Part shown: positions 25,687 to 36,329 of the stretch, in pieces
How positions within the stretch are numbered: position 1 is the first letter of the stretch
How the letters are laid out: every line of letters starts with the position of its first letter
Source of the DNA: Octopus sinensis
Lineage: Eukaryota
Assembly: GCF_006345805.1 (NCBI RefSeq)
Contig: NC_042998.1
Span: 159,836,001 to 159,900,000, forward strand
Direction: 5' to 3'
DNA: 64,000 nt
Notes under the pieces: model-generated
What the model saw: the letters and a program-made list of their open reading frames with translations, nothing else
The model's database searches: none
Told to the model about the DNA's origin: nothing
Position numbers and translations under genes: made by a program

Positions 25687-26247
25687 TCTCTCTTTCTCTC
25701 TCACTTTCTCACTTTCTCTCTCACTCTCCCTTTCTCTCTCACACACACTCTCTCTCTCTCTTACTTCCTCTCTGTCCTCCTCTCTCTCTTACTTTCTCTC
25801 TGTTCTCCTCTCTCTCGCTTTGCCACTTCTTTGAAGTAAGTGTGACGCACACAACAGGTACATACAAAAACAAAAAGTTAGCATATTAGTATTATTGATA
25901 GTTACAAATTTTGGCAGACAGCCAACAAGATGGACAAAATGCTGCCAAGCAGCTTGTCTAGCATGCTAACAAATCTGCAAGCTTGTTGCCTTTTAATCCT
26001 TTCTTCTATAAGTGCAAGGCTTGAAATTTTGGAGAAGGGGGTCAGTCGATTTCATTGACCCCAGTTTGTAACTGGTACTTATTTCATTGACCATGAAAGG
26101 ATGAAAGACAAAGTTGACCTCAGTGGAATTTGAACTCAGAATGTAAAGATGGATGAAAAACTGCTAAGCATTTTGCCTGGCATGCTAATAATTCTGCCAG
26201 TTCTCTGCTTTTGCTGCCTTCTAATAATAATAATAATAATAATAATG

Positions 26248-26307
<60 letters not shown>

Positions 26308-26324
26308 GCAATAATGATGCGGTT

Positions 26325-26490
26325 CTATATTTAAGAGATGAGCAATTATGTACATTATTTACATTTGACGGATTTTTGTCCTCATCTTGTTTGTTGTCCC
26401 CAAGACACCTGATGAAGGCTGGAGGGTATATCAGCCGAAACATTGTGTTAGCAACAAACAAGATGAGGACAAATATCCATCAAATATAAA
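26325..26490 (+). mobile_element. Hammerhead-containing foldback (family HH-B) in (AAT)n
   Basis: ~40-bp inverted arms (26356-26396 and 26452-26492) directly enclosing the hammerhead. Confidence 0.78.
26404..26449 (+). ncRNA. Minimal type I hammerhead ribozyme, stem III damaged (ACGT to ACAT)
   Basis: gacac-CTGATGA-a-ggctg-gagggtatat-cagcc-GAAA-catt-gtgtt; perfect 5-bp stem II. Confidence 0.7.
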
Positions 26491-26494
26491 TAAT

Positions 26495-26723
26495 ATAATA
26501 ATAATGGTTTTAAATTTTGCCACAAGGGCAGGAATTTTGGGGGAGGGGTTAAGCGATTTACATCGACCCCAGTGTTTCACTGGCACTTGATTTATCCACC
26601 CAGAAAGGATGAAAGGCAAAGTCAACCTTCGCAGAATTTGAGCTCAGAACATAGCGACAGGCAAAATACTGCTAAGCATTTCATCCAATTTACTAATGAT
26701 TCTGCCAGCTCACCACCTTAATA

Positions 26724-26784
<61 letters not shown>

Positions 26785-26945
26785 TAATAACAACAATAAT
26801 AATAATAATAATAATCCTTTCAATTAAAGGCACAAGGCCTGAAATTTGGGTGAAGGGGACTAGTTGATTACATCAACCCCAGTGGGGCTCAGGTACTTAA
26901 TTTATCGACCCCGAAGGGATGAAAGGCAAAATCGACCTCAGTAGT
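26495..26945 (-). mobile_element. Two family B SINE copies separated by (AAT)n
   Basis: Core gaaaggatgaaaggcaaagtcaacc..gaatttgagctcagaac in both copies. Confidence 0.8.
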
Positions 26946-28399
26946 TTAATAATAATGATGATGATGATGATGATGATAAACTTTCATTATTCTCAACACT
27001 GAATTGTCTAATCCTATCTTTCCTCATTTCTCATTTCCATCTTCTGTTTCATCGTTCTTAACAAAGTCATAATTTGTTTATTTCAATTGTTTTTCTCATT
27101 TCCTATGCTCCACATGAAATAATCCTATCTAATTTCTTTAATTCCCTCTCATTTTCAACTTTATTGTAAACAGTGGGTAGAAAAATATCCATTGGTTAGG
27201 ATTAATCACAATTATTTTCTCCATACTAAACCGTTTTCCTCTTTTGCACAGAGCAGTCCAATTCTATTTAGTTTTCTTCCCCACTTACTTTTTACCTCTA
27301 TTTCATCATTCTTAATGGAATTCGCGCCCAACACACATGACAACAATATCCTCATATCCCCTGAGAAAATGGGAGTAAACTTGTTACTGCAATGCAGAAT
27401 ATCAGGACAATGACCTGCTACTGGTAGTCATGCAATGTAATACAACCTCAATACAGTTAGGTTGTCATTGAATAAACTGGCAACCTCAACTAAGTATGCT
27501 TGGTGAGGAGAATGGTTTTTTTCTTGTTTCCTATTTCAACACTCTGCAAGTTGAAAAGCAAAAACCTGTTAAAGAGCAGATCAATGGCCATCTAAGTAGT
27601 GTATCTCTTACTCTTATCTTTTACTTGCTTCAGTCATTGGACTTTGGCAGATCAACCCCAGTTCTTATTCTTAAAGTCTGGTACTTATTCTATTGGTATC
27701 TTTTGCCAAACCACTAAGTTACAGTGACATAAATCAGCACTGGTTATCAAGCAGACACAAGCACAAAGACACACACACATATCGCTATGTGGTTGAGAAG
27801 CTTGCTTCTCAACCACATGGTTTCAGGTTCAGTCCCTCTGTGTGATACTTTTGGCAAGTGTTTCCTGCTATAGTCTTAAGTCAACTGAAGCCTTGTGATT
27901 GAATTTGTGTGTACACATGTATGTAAGTGCTTGTGCCTCCTAACATATATATGCACACACACACACATACACACACAATGGACTTCTTTTAGTTTCTGTC
28001 TACTAAATCCATTCACAAGGCATTGGTCAGTCCAAGGCTATAGTAGAAGACACTTGCCCAAGGTTCCATGCTGTGAAACTGAACTTGAAACCATGAGGTT
28101 GGGAAACAAACTTCTCACCTCACAAAGCCTGTGCCTATGTCTATATTATTGTTGTTGTTGCTGCTATGATAATAATTAACCATGGAACCCTGAACTACCT
28201 GCTCATGGTTGATAGCAATAATTACCTTGAAAATACAAAATACTAAGACAGTGCTTGCAAATTTGGAACTACCACAAGAGGAAGATGGCCTCTTTAGCTT
28301 TGGCTAGTAGCCCCACTAGAAATGGCGTCTCAATAAAAGCACCAGTAGTTATTTTGCTTTATCATCATGATCCAATTTATATCATAATCATGTTAATGA

Positions 28400-30015
28400 G
28401 ACAGGATCCTCAGATGAAAGACTTTTGGATGGCAAGCAGGATTAGTTTGGTCCTTTATTCAACAGCTGCTGCAAGAATTAGGAAAAGTAGAATTGTTATA
28501 GAATGTTACTATAGGAGTGACTCTAACAAAACAAGATACGGAACAAGAATGCATAAAAATGGATAAAGACATGTTTCCTGTCATAAAGAGTTCTGAATAA
28601 AAATAAAAAAATCAACTCATGAGAAAATAATGGATATCCCAGTTGGAAATGAAAGAGATAATTGGAACAGTGAACGATGAGGACCATGACTACATAGGAG
28701 AGGAAATTGAACAAGAAATAGCCCAAAGATCAATGAATCATCAGGTGGAAAGAAGTAGTAGTGAGGATGAAAAGAAGTTTTACTTCATAGGCAGAAAGGA
28801 TAATACACAAGAAGAAATGAGCTTATTTCAATGTTTAAACGAAACAAGGATTGGGGTTAGAATAAGACTACTGGTTTTGAGAGGAACCAATTGTGAAAAA
28901 CTACGAAAAGCAGTAAAGAAATTAGATAAATTTTAGCAAAAAAAATCAAAGATGAGAATATAACAGATTCAAATGTTACCATTTACTGTACAACCTCTAT
29001 TACTATAGAAATTAAAAGTCAAACAGGAAAATGGGCAAACCCCCTGATAAAAATGAGACCAAAGAATCAAGTTGAGCAGCTCAATAGTGACCTTGAATGA
29101 GTAAATGCAATAATCTAAAAGAAGATAGTGAAGGAAAGGCAGAAGTATAATGTCCAAAAAAAGAAAGAGGGTTACAGGCTGCTAAAGAAGGGGTAGGACA
29201 AAAAAAAATTAAAGCAAATTCAGCTAAAAATACTAGTTATCAAGAAAGAATAATCATTAACAGTAGAGCCAGCTTTTCAGAAACAATGAAAGGAAATTTT
29301 TACCAAGAGCTAAACAATGAGTGAAAGATAGAGCAAATACTGAAGCAGTCAGGAACTTTTGATCAGACACTTAGAACAAGGAAATCCAACACAACAGTGA
29401 AGCTGATTGGTTAAGAAAGTTTAAAAGGGAAATTTAAAATAGGTCAAGATGATAATACTACAAAAGTGATTGTATAGGAAATAGAACATTTACATGGGTG
29501 ACAAAGAGAATAATGTTGATACAGAAAGATAAAAAGAAAAAAATCCATTACCTGCTTACTATTGATCATGAAATTGCTAACTAGTCTAAAACAGATGAAT
29601 TGTACAGCTTTCCAGAGAAGGTGAAATTATTGCCAAACAGTGAAAGGGATGCAGAAAGAAATCAAGGTAAACTGCTGAGCTATAGCATATCAATACTAAG
29701 AGAAGTATGAAGAAAAGAGGAAAACTTGGTTGAATAGACTACAAGAATACATATAATGTGTTTCAGTGTTGGCTTTTGGAATGCCTGAAGACTCTGAAAG
29801 TGCATGAGAAGATTAACAGTTTGCTATGAACAGTAATGAGAGTGTAGGAACTAGAACAAAAGTGCAGAAATGACATAAGGAAATGTGAAAATATGGAGGG
29901 GAATATCACAGGGAGACCTACTTTCTCTATTACATTTTATTACTGTGTAGATTCCTTTGACATGCATATTGAGAAAAACCAGACTGGCATCTGAGCTTGC
30001 TAAGAATAAGGAGGA
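28400..30015 (+). mobile_element. R4/Dong-type LINE, N-terminal half to RT motif
   Basis: IVIECYYRSD..RYGTRMHK; RIRLLVLRGTNCEKLRKAVKK; GISQGDLLSLLHFITV*IPLTCILRK. Confidence 0.8.
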
Positions 30016-30028
30016 AACAAATCAAATG

Positions 30029-30067
<39 letters not shown>

Positions 30068-30071
30068 TTAG

Positions 30072-30250
30072 AAAAAAAACACCTTTTATCAATTCGATAA
30101 TGAAAAATTAAATTACACCATTTAGAAAAATGACATATTATGATCATTGTTATATGTTTTATCTTATATTTAATCTTTCTATAATATGTAATTTTTCTAA
30201 ATGGTATAATTTAATTTTTCATTATTGAATTCATAAAAGGTGGGTTTTTT
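30072..30250. mobile_element. AT-rich foldback/MITE
   Basis: ~70-bp inverted arms (30072-30141 and 30181-30250) with a ~40-bp spacer. Confidence 0.75.
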
Positions 30251-30639
30251 CCAGTTTATATATTATATTTTGTGAAATTTGATTTAGCATTTCTAAATTG
30301 AATTTTTCCCTGTAAGTTTGGAATAATATTCCCTCATATTATTATTATTATTATATATATTGTGGTGTTTGTGGTGTTATGGGCTGTGGTGAGCTATGTG
30401 GTGTTGGTGAAGAGGATTGCTGATGAGGCAAACGGAAGTAAAGACTGCAGGGGCCGGTGGAAGTGTCACAGGGGATGCATGGGCAAAAAGCACATGCAGG
30501 CAGTTCGATGAGAGACAGCACCATGCAAGGACATGTTTATTTCTTGACAGTGATCGCTCATCCCGCCTAGGTCAACAGGTAAGGCCTCTGTATTTCTTTC
30601 TCCCTTTTGCTTCTTTTTCTGTTTTTTTTTCCTCTATCA

Positions 30640-30692
<53 letters not shown>

Positions 30693-30693
<1 letters not shown>

Positions 30694-31172
30694 CTATAAA
30701 TAAGGGTATCTGAGAAATAGCAGTCAAATTTCTGACTCTAAAAACCACCTTAAATGTTCATATCGCACCATGAGACAGAGGGACATAATTCGTCACTATA
30801 TTCACTGCGGTATTTATTTTGACCATACCGCGCTTATGAGGTGGTTGGCGGGCAATTTGAACTGGCCTTGTACATATGTGCATATATATGTATGTATGGA
30901 CGTTCGTATATGTAAGTATAACGTGTGTTCTGTATATATATACTTGTATTTATGTGCCCATCTGATATATTCAACTGATGAAGGAAGAGCTTATTTGAAG
31001 CAAAGCTAGAAATCCAGGATCTTGACTTATTCAGTAATATCTTTTTGCTAGTCTATTTTGTCCCTCTGTCTTATCTCATGGTGCGATATGAACATTTAAG
31101 GTGGTTTTTAGAGTCAGGGATTTGACTGCTATTTCGGCATGGTGGTGTCTCTCAGATACCCTTATTTATAGT
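30693..31172. mobile_element. Foldback/MITE-like element with ~100-bp TIRs and an internal hammerhead-like core
   Basis: actataaataagggtatctgaga...gagggaca versus tgtccctc...tctcagatacccttatttatagt. Confidence 0.8.
30971..31025 (+). ncRNA. Candidate type I hammerhead (AUC site), irregular stem II
   Basis: tcaa-CTGATGA-(aggaag)agctt..aagct-a-GAAA-tccaggatc-ttga. Confidence 0.45.
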
Positions 31173-31271
31173 ATTAAAAAAAAAAAATTATTACCTTTGT
31201 ATGGTATTTATTCCCATGCTGCCCACTTGATAATGTTAATATTTAAATATTGATATTATCCTTATTTATAA

Positions 31272-31304
<33 letters not shown>

Positions 31305-31398
31305 CAGTTGATCCAAACATGAAAACACAAAGAGAAAACACAACAACGCGAGGACATGGAACAAATATAGTATTATTGGACGCTCAGGAAGAAGGAGG

Positions 31399-31433
31399 GT
31401 TTAATGTTTTGAGTGGAGCTCTTCATCAGAAAC
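31399..31433 (-). ncRNA. CpG-decayed minimal hammerhead relic
   Basis: Minus strand: gttt-CTGATGA-a-gagc-tcc-actc-AAAA-catt-aaac; three CG-to-CA changes would restore gctc-GAAA-cgtt. Confidence 0.55.
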
Positions 31434-31509
31434 AGAGGAAAAGGAAAGATCCAGAGAAGGGAAGACGGAGGAAAAAAATCACCAACAGTACACACGCGGT
31501 CACATATAT

Positions 31510-31760
31510 ATGAATATCTCAAATTAAATACCAAACATGTGAAAGTCCTGGATTCTCTTGTTCAAACAGTGAGAATATTTAGTAAGGATATTGGTATGCA
31601 GCTTGGAGTGAATAAGTATACAGTTTTGATTATGAAGTGAGGCTGAAAGATTAAATCTGATAAGATAAAGATACCATGCAATGATATCATAAGACCACCA
31701 AAAGAAAATGAAGGATGCAAGTATCAAGGAGTGCAAAAACATTATAAGATAGCGAAAAAG
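31510..31760 (+). mobile_element. R4/Dong-type LINE, RT segment continuing 28400-30015
   Basis: LKLNTKHVKVLDSLVQTVRIFSKDIGMQLGVNKYTVLIMK*G..EGCKYQGV (DDLKL..KYLG region). Confidence 0.82.
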
Positions 31761-32359
31761 GAATTGAGGAAGTCTCCAATATCATCTCACCCCAACCAAT
31801 AACACCTCTCCACCATCACTCACATTATCAATACTAGTACACGACCACCAATATTAACACAAAATCTGCAACTGAAAGAATGCCAACCAAAGCAACAACA
31901 ACAAAAACCACTTTGTGGTTGCTTGACCTGCTAGCAATAACTGCAAAATTCATACAAATTACACATCATTTTCAGAAATGTAATCCTAGATACACTAAGT
32001 TTCAAAATAAGATGAGTTGGTCACAGTTGGAATGCTTTTGATCAAGAGCTGAAACAGGGCTGAGCTAAAACTAAACAGCAACAAAGGAGACATTAAATAA
32101 TGTAGTCCTCGATACACTTAATTTAAATAAAATATGGGATTGCCACAGATCTATAGTCCACACATCAGAACTGATCTGGGTTAAAAGAATTACAATACCG
32201 ACAACACCAACAACATCAGACAACAATAACCCACATTAGTGCAACAAGCCAATGAGAGAACATCTACATAGTCATAGTCTATTTTCCATTTGGTTTGTAT
32301 AGGGAAGTTCCATAACAACCTCATTTTATTGTTTTTCATAAACTTTCCTTTATGAACCT

Positions 32360-32767
32360 AAGGCTAAATGGTGGGACTGTCACATTGAGTTGACAGTATA
32401 CGACCACTATATCGCTCCACCACCGCTTATGTCTCTCTGAGACATTTAGAAATTCAATATTTCTAATTTCGGTGATCAGTAAATAAATTTTACTGAAAAT
32501 ATGATATATTTGCGAAGAGGTTGCAGTCATCTCAGCGAGCGAGACTGGCTACCCTGAACTGACGACGAGCAATAGAATCAGAAACATATGTCTTCAGGTG
32601 CTTAGTCCCAGCTAGCAGGGTTGATTGCCTCCCCTTTGCAAATATAAGGACACAGAAAATATGTCAAAGCTGACAGGAGATGTCAATGTTTCCTAGGGCT
32701 AAATGGCGGTGGTGTAATTCCCTTACGGGACTGTCACATTGAGTTGACAGTATACGACCACTATATT
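32360..32767 (+). mobile_element. Retrozyme-like unit (family HH-A), ~354-nt monomer with a 40-bp terminal direct repeat
   Basis: gggactgtcacattgagttgacagtatacgaccactatat at 32373 and 32727; central hammerhead; no ORF. Confidence 0.8.
32553..32598 (+). ncRNA. Minimal type I hammerhead ribozyme (GUC site, ACATATGT stem III)
   Basis: cctgaa-CTGACGA-c-gag-caataga-atc-a-GAAA-catatgtc-ttcagg. Confidence 0.75.
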
Positions 32768-32789
32768 ATTATTATCATTATTATTATTT

Positions 32790-33005
32790 AGGTGGCAAGC
32801 TGGCAGAATCATTAGCAATGCTGGAGAAAATGCTTAGCAGCATTTCGTCTGTCTTAATGTTCTGAGTTCAAATTCCACTGAGGTCAACTTTGCCTTTCAT
32901 CCAGTGAGGGTCAATAAAATAAGTACCTGTTGAGTACTGGGGTCAATGTAATAAACTTACCTACTCCCCCAAAATGTACTGGCCTTGTGCCAAAATTTGA
33001 AACCA
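32790..33005 (+). mobile_element. Full-length family B SINE in (TTA)n
   Basis: ggtggcaagctggcagaatcattagc..gagttcaaattcc..ggccttgtgccaaaatttgaaacc(att)n. Confidence 0.85.
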
Positions 33006-33062
33006 TTATTATTATTATTTTTATTATTACTATTGTTATTGTTGTTGTTATCATCATCATCA

Positions 33063-33119
<57 letters not shown>

Positions 33120-33149
33120 CATTATACAAAAACTATTATGCACTAATTT

Positions 33150-34150
33150 AATTAGCAGGGATGTTGTGCTGAAGTTTGGTGACAAGTCTTCTGCAGAATA
33201 TAGGGTGGCTTTTTTTCTGTAGATCAACAATATATGTCTCAATTCTAATATCCTTCAGCTTCTTAGGTAGCAGTTTAGGCATTGTGCCAAGTGCACCAAC
33301 TACTGCAGCAACAATATTCACTCATGTTTTCTATAAATTCTTCAATTCTCTTGCCAGGTCCTAATAATATCCACACTACTATCATATGATATTGCAAAGT
33401 CAATGATCATGCACTGTCTTTTCCTTTCTGTCCTTCAGATCCATATCTGGCTTGCGTTTGCATCACTTTTCTGTAACTTTGAATCCACACACTTGGCTAT
33501 AATTCCAACGCACTCTTTCATAAACACAGTTATGCCTGCATTTATACTCTTTTATCTGCACTCAGAAGATGGTTAATATTTTCATTCCCTTTTCTACACA
33601 TTCTGTATATGGTATCTGATTGAATTTTACCAATCTATGTCCTTTCCAAATTTGTTCTAATGAACTCTTCCTCAGTGGTTATAACAAGCAATTACATTTC
33701 TAGATTCTGGTTTTTAACTTTTAGCCACAGTCAGTCTCTTCACTTCCAATACCATCGGTTTGTTGCATGAATTGGCTAAGGACTTCTTTGCCTTACCAGT
33801 CATTTGTCCTATTGTTCTTGTCATGAAGCTCTTTGTCTTTCTAGTTGTTTGTCCTTTTGTGTTTTCTGTTCTTGAAATCTTTCACTGTTTCCTCATAATG
33901 CACAACATAGTTTTTCAAACTTCAAATCATGGTATACTGATGGTGTATTCTGCATTTAACAACCCCCCATCTCTTTCCCGTCTTAGTAAATAGAGCCCAT
34001 CGATATTTCTTTTAGGATGGTGAGAAGCTTCTTAGTTCCTGTAGCTCTCTTTTCATCTACTTTAAAAGAAAGAGCAGGGTATTTCAATACTTGCATGGCC
34101 CATGTATTGATTACTTTGATGACATTAACTTCAATTAGTTTTATGCACAA
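33150..34150 (-). mobile_element. R4/Dong-type LINE, C-terminal half
   Basis: NVIKVINTWAMQVLKY; QFMQQTDG..WLK; CMIIDFAISYDS (RLE) and VGALG-like remnants; (TAA)n beyond the 3' end. Confidence 0.82.
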
Positions 34151-34569
34151 CACAGCATGAATCAGAAGGACTGAAAACAGACATTGTTTAATTAATGATA
34201 TATGCAAACCAAAAGCAGATATATGTAAATTAGACTATCTACTACAGTGCTAACCTAATTTATGAGTGCTTTATATGGTACCTAATCTGATTGGGGAAGC
34301 AAGGTTGATACATTTTCTCTAAAGAGCAGTCAACAAACTATGAAATGGTCCCTCTTTTCTCTGCACATCAGTAACACAGAAAGAATGTGTTTAACTTATT
34401 TCCCTCACAGTGAAGCTTTTTAATATCTAAATTCAATTCACTTTTCCTGATTTTATGCTGTGTATAAAATAACAAAAATGATAGTCAGAGTGGCTTCAGA
34501 CATGACAGGGTGACTATCTATTTCAACGAGAAAATATGTACAAAAATGAAATGCCTGTAACAGAAAAAG

Positions 34570-34950
34570 GTGCAAGAATAGTCCAGAGACAGCTGTAAAG
34601 AATGAGAATTTTGTAATTCTCTGAGATATACAAATTCATACTGATAAGGAGATAGAAGTAAACTACCCTGATATCATTGTAAAAAATATGGTACCCATTT
34701 CTTGTACACTTATTGATGTGTCTTGCTCAACACACAATGAAATAAATTCTACATAAATGTGATTGGAAAATGTCCACAAATATAAAGAAGAGGAAATAGA
34801 AATATTGAATATGTTGGATATGGATACAAGAACTTTCCCTGTTATTACAGGAATGCTAGGAACAGTGATGTGTGATACAAAGTAAAAAAAAAAAATTGAA
34901 GAAATGCCAGGTAAATATGAATTGCAGAAGCAAGCTCCCATAGAAAGAAT
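34570..34950 (+). mobile_element. R4/Dong-type RLE domain fragment
   Basis: IL*DIQIHTDKEIEVNYPDIIVK..CTLIDVSC..HKYKE..PVITGMLG. Confidence 0.78.
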
Positions 34951-35093
34951 CTATTTTTTGTGTTAAATATTATCAATAAAATGGAAAAATGACTGTCTTA
35001 TAACCACAAATCTTACTCTATTTTTTTAGTTACATAACAACTTTGGCAAAGTAGGTACACTCAAAACAGAATATCATCATCATCATCATCATC

Positions 35094-35129
<36 letters not shown>

Positions 35130-36262
35130 GTTTCGAATTTTGGTACAAGGTCAGCAATTTTGTAGGGAATGGGGCTAGTTGATTACATTCACACACATAC
35201 ACACATACACACACATGCTCAGCTAATACTGTCTTATCGATCCTGAAACAATGAAAAACAAAGCTAACCCAACAGCATTAGACCTCAGAACATGAAGTCA
35301 GAAGAAATGACACTAAGCATTTTGTCACTCACGCTAAAAATTATACCAGTGCACTACTTTGATGATGATGATGATGACGACGACAATAACAACAACGATA
35401 ATGATTTATGAAGATTGGTGTCACATTTCACAAAAGTAAATACATAATTGGATGAGTGTGATATGTAACAGAAAAGCACATTTTGACCATTTTTTTAGTG
35501 ATCACTATTTCAACAGTACATTTGTCTTCTTTGGGTTTAAGATAAGACATAAAAAAGGTAAAATACACAGTAATGCAGAAATTTATAAATTCAATTGGAC
35601 TAACTTGCATTCCTTTCTTGTTTGTAACTCTTAAAGCACTAAAGAAAAAGAGAAACGGTGAAAGAACTTTTCATCAAAAAGTTTAGCATAAATCTCATGG
35701 AACACTCCTGCTTTTTTGCTCATCATCAAAGGCAGGTTGCTAGTAACTTACAAATAAATATATCTTCATGTGCTTTAAGAACAGAAAGTTCAGTAGAGAT
35801 AGAAAAGTTTTTGAGAATGTGTACTTTAAGGCACTTAATTGTTTGTAGTTGAGGAGGAGGCGGGAAACAAATTTTACTCCATAGAAGGAAAGAATTATAA
35901 AGAAAAAAGGAGATTACTATACAGCTAAATGAGATATGAACTAATGAAATGCTTTCATCTTGGAGTGGTTGGATGCTTCCAACTTTCTCTTCCCTCTATC
36001 ACATACCTCATTGGTTTGGTTTCTCACCTAAGCTTTATTGCATGGCAAGATCACAGGTCCAGGAAGATCTGTAGTAGCTAAGGTGAGAGATGAATCTGTG
36101 ACTATGAATGCATTTGTATGCATCTTTTTGTGGTAGGTGGTGAGAGCATTTCTGTGAAGTTTTCTTTTGAAGCGGCTTTGGTATCACAATCTGTTGTTTT
36201 GGAAATGTCTGCTGTTGTGGTTGGATCTGTAGCTATGGTAGATTTTGCTGCTGTTGTTGTTG

Positions 36263-36313
<51 letters not shown>

Positions 36314-36329
36314 CAATAGTTGATTAAAT

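Noticed and set aside
27296-27360. Candidate minus-strand exon (MRILLSCVLGANSIKNDEIE)
   Set aside because: Plausible splice sites, but the peptide is short and unrecognised; could be chance
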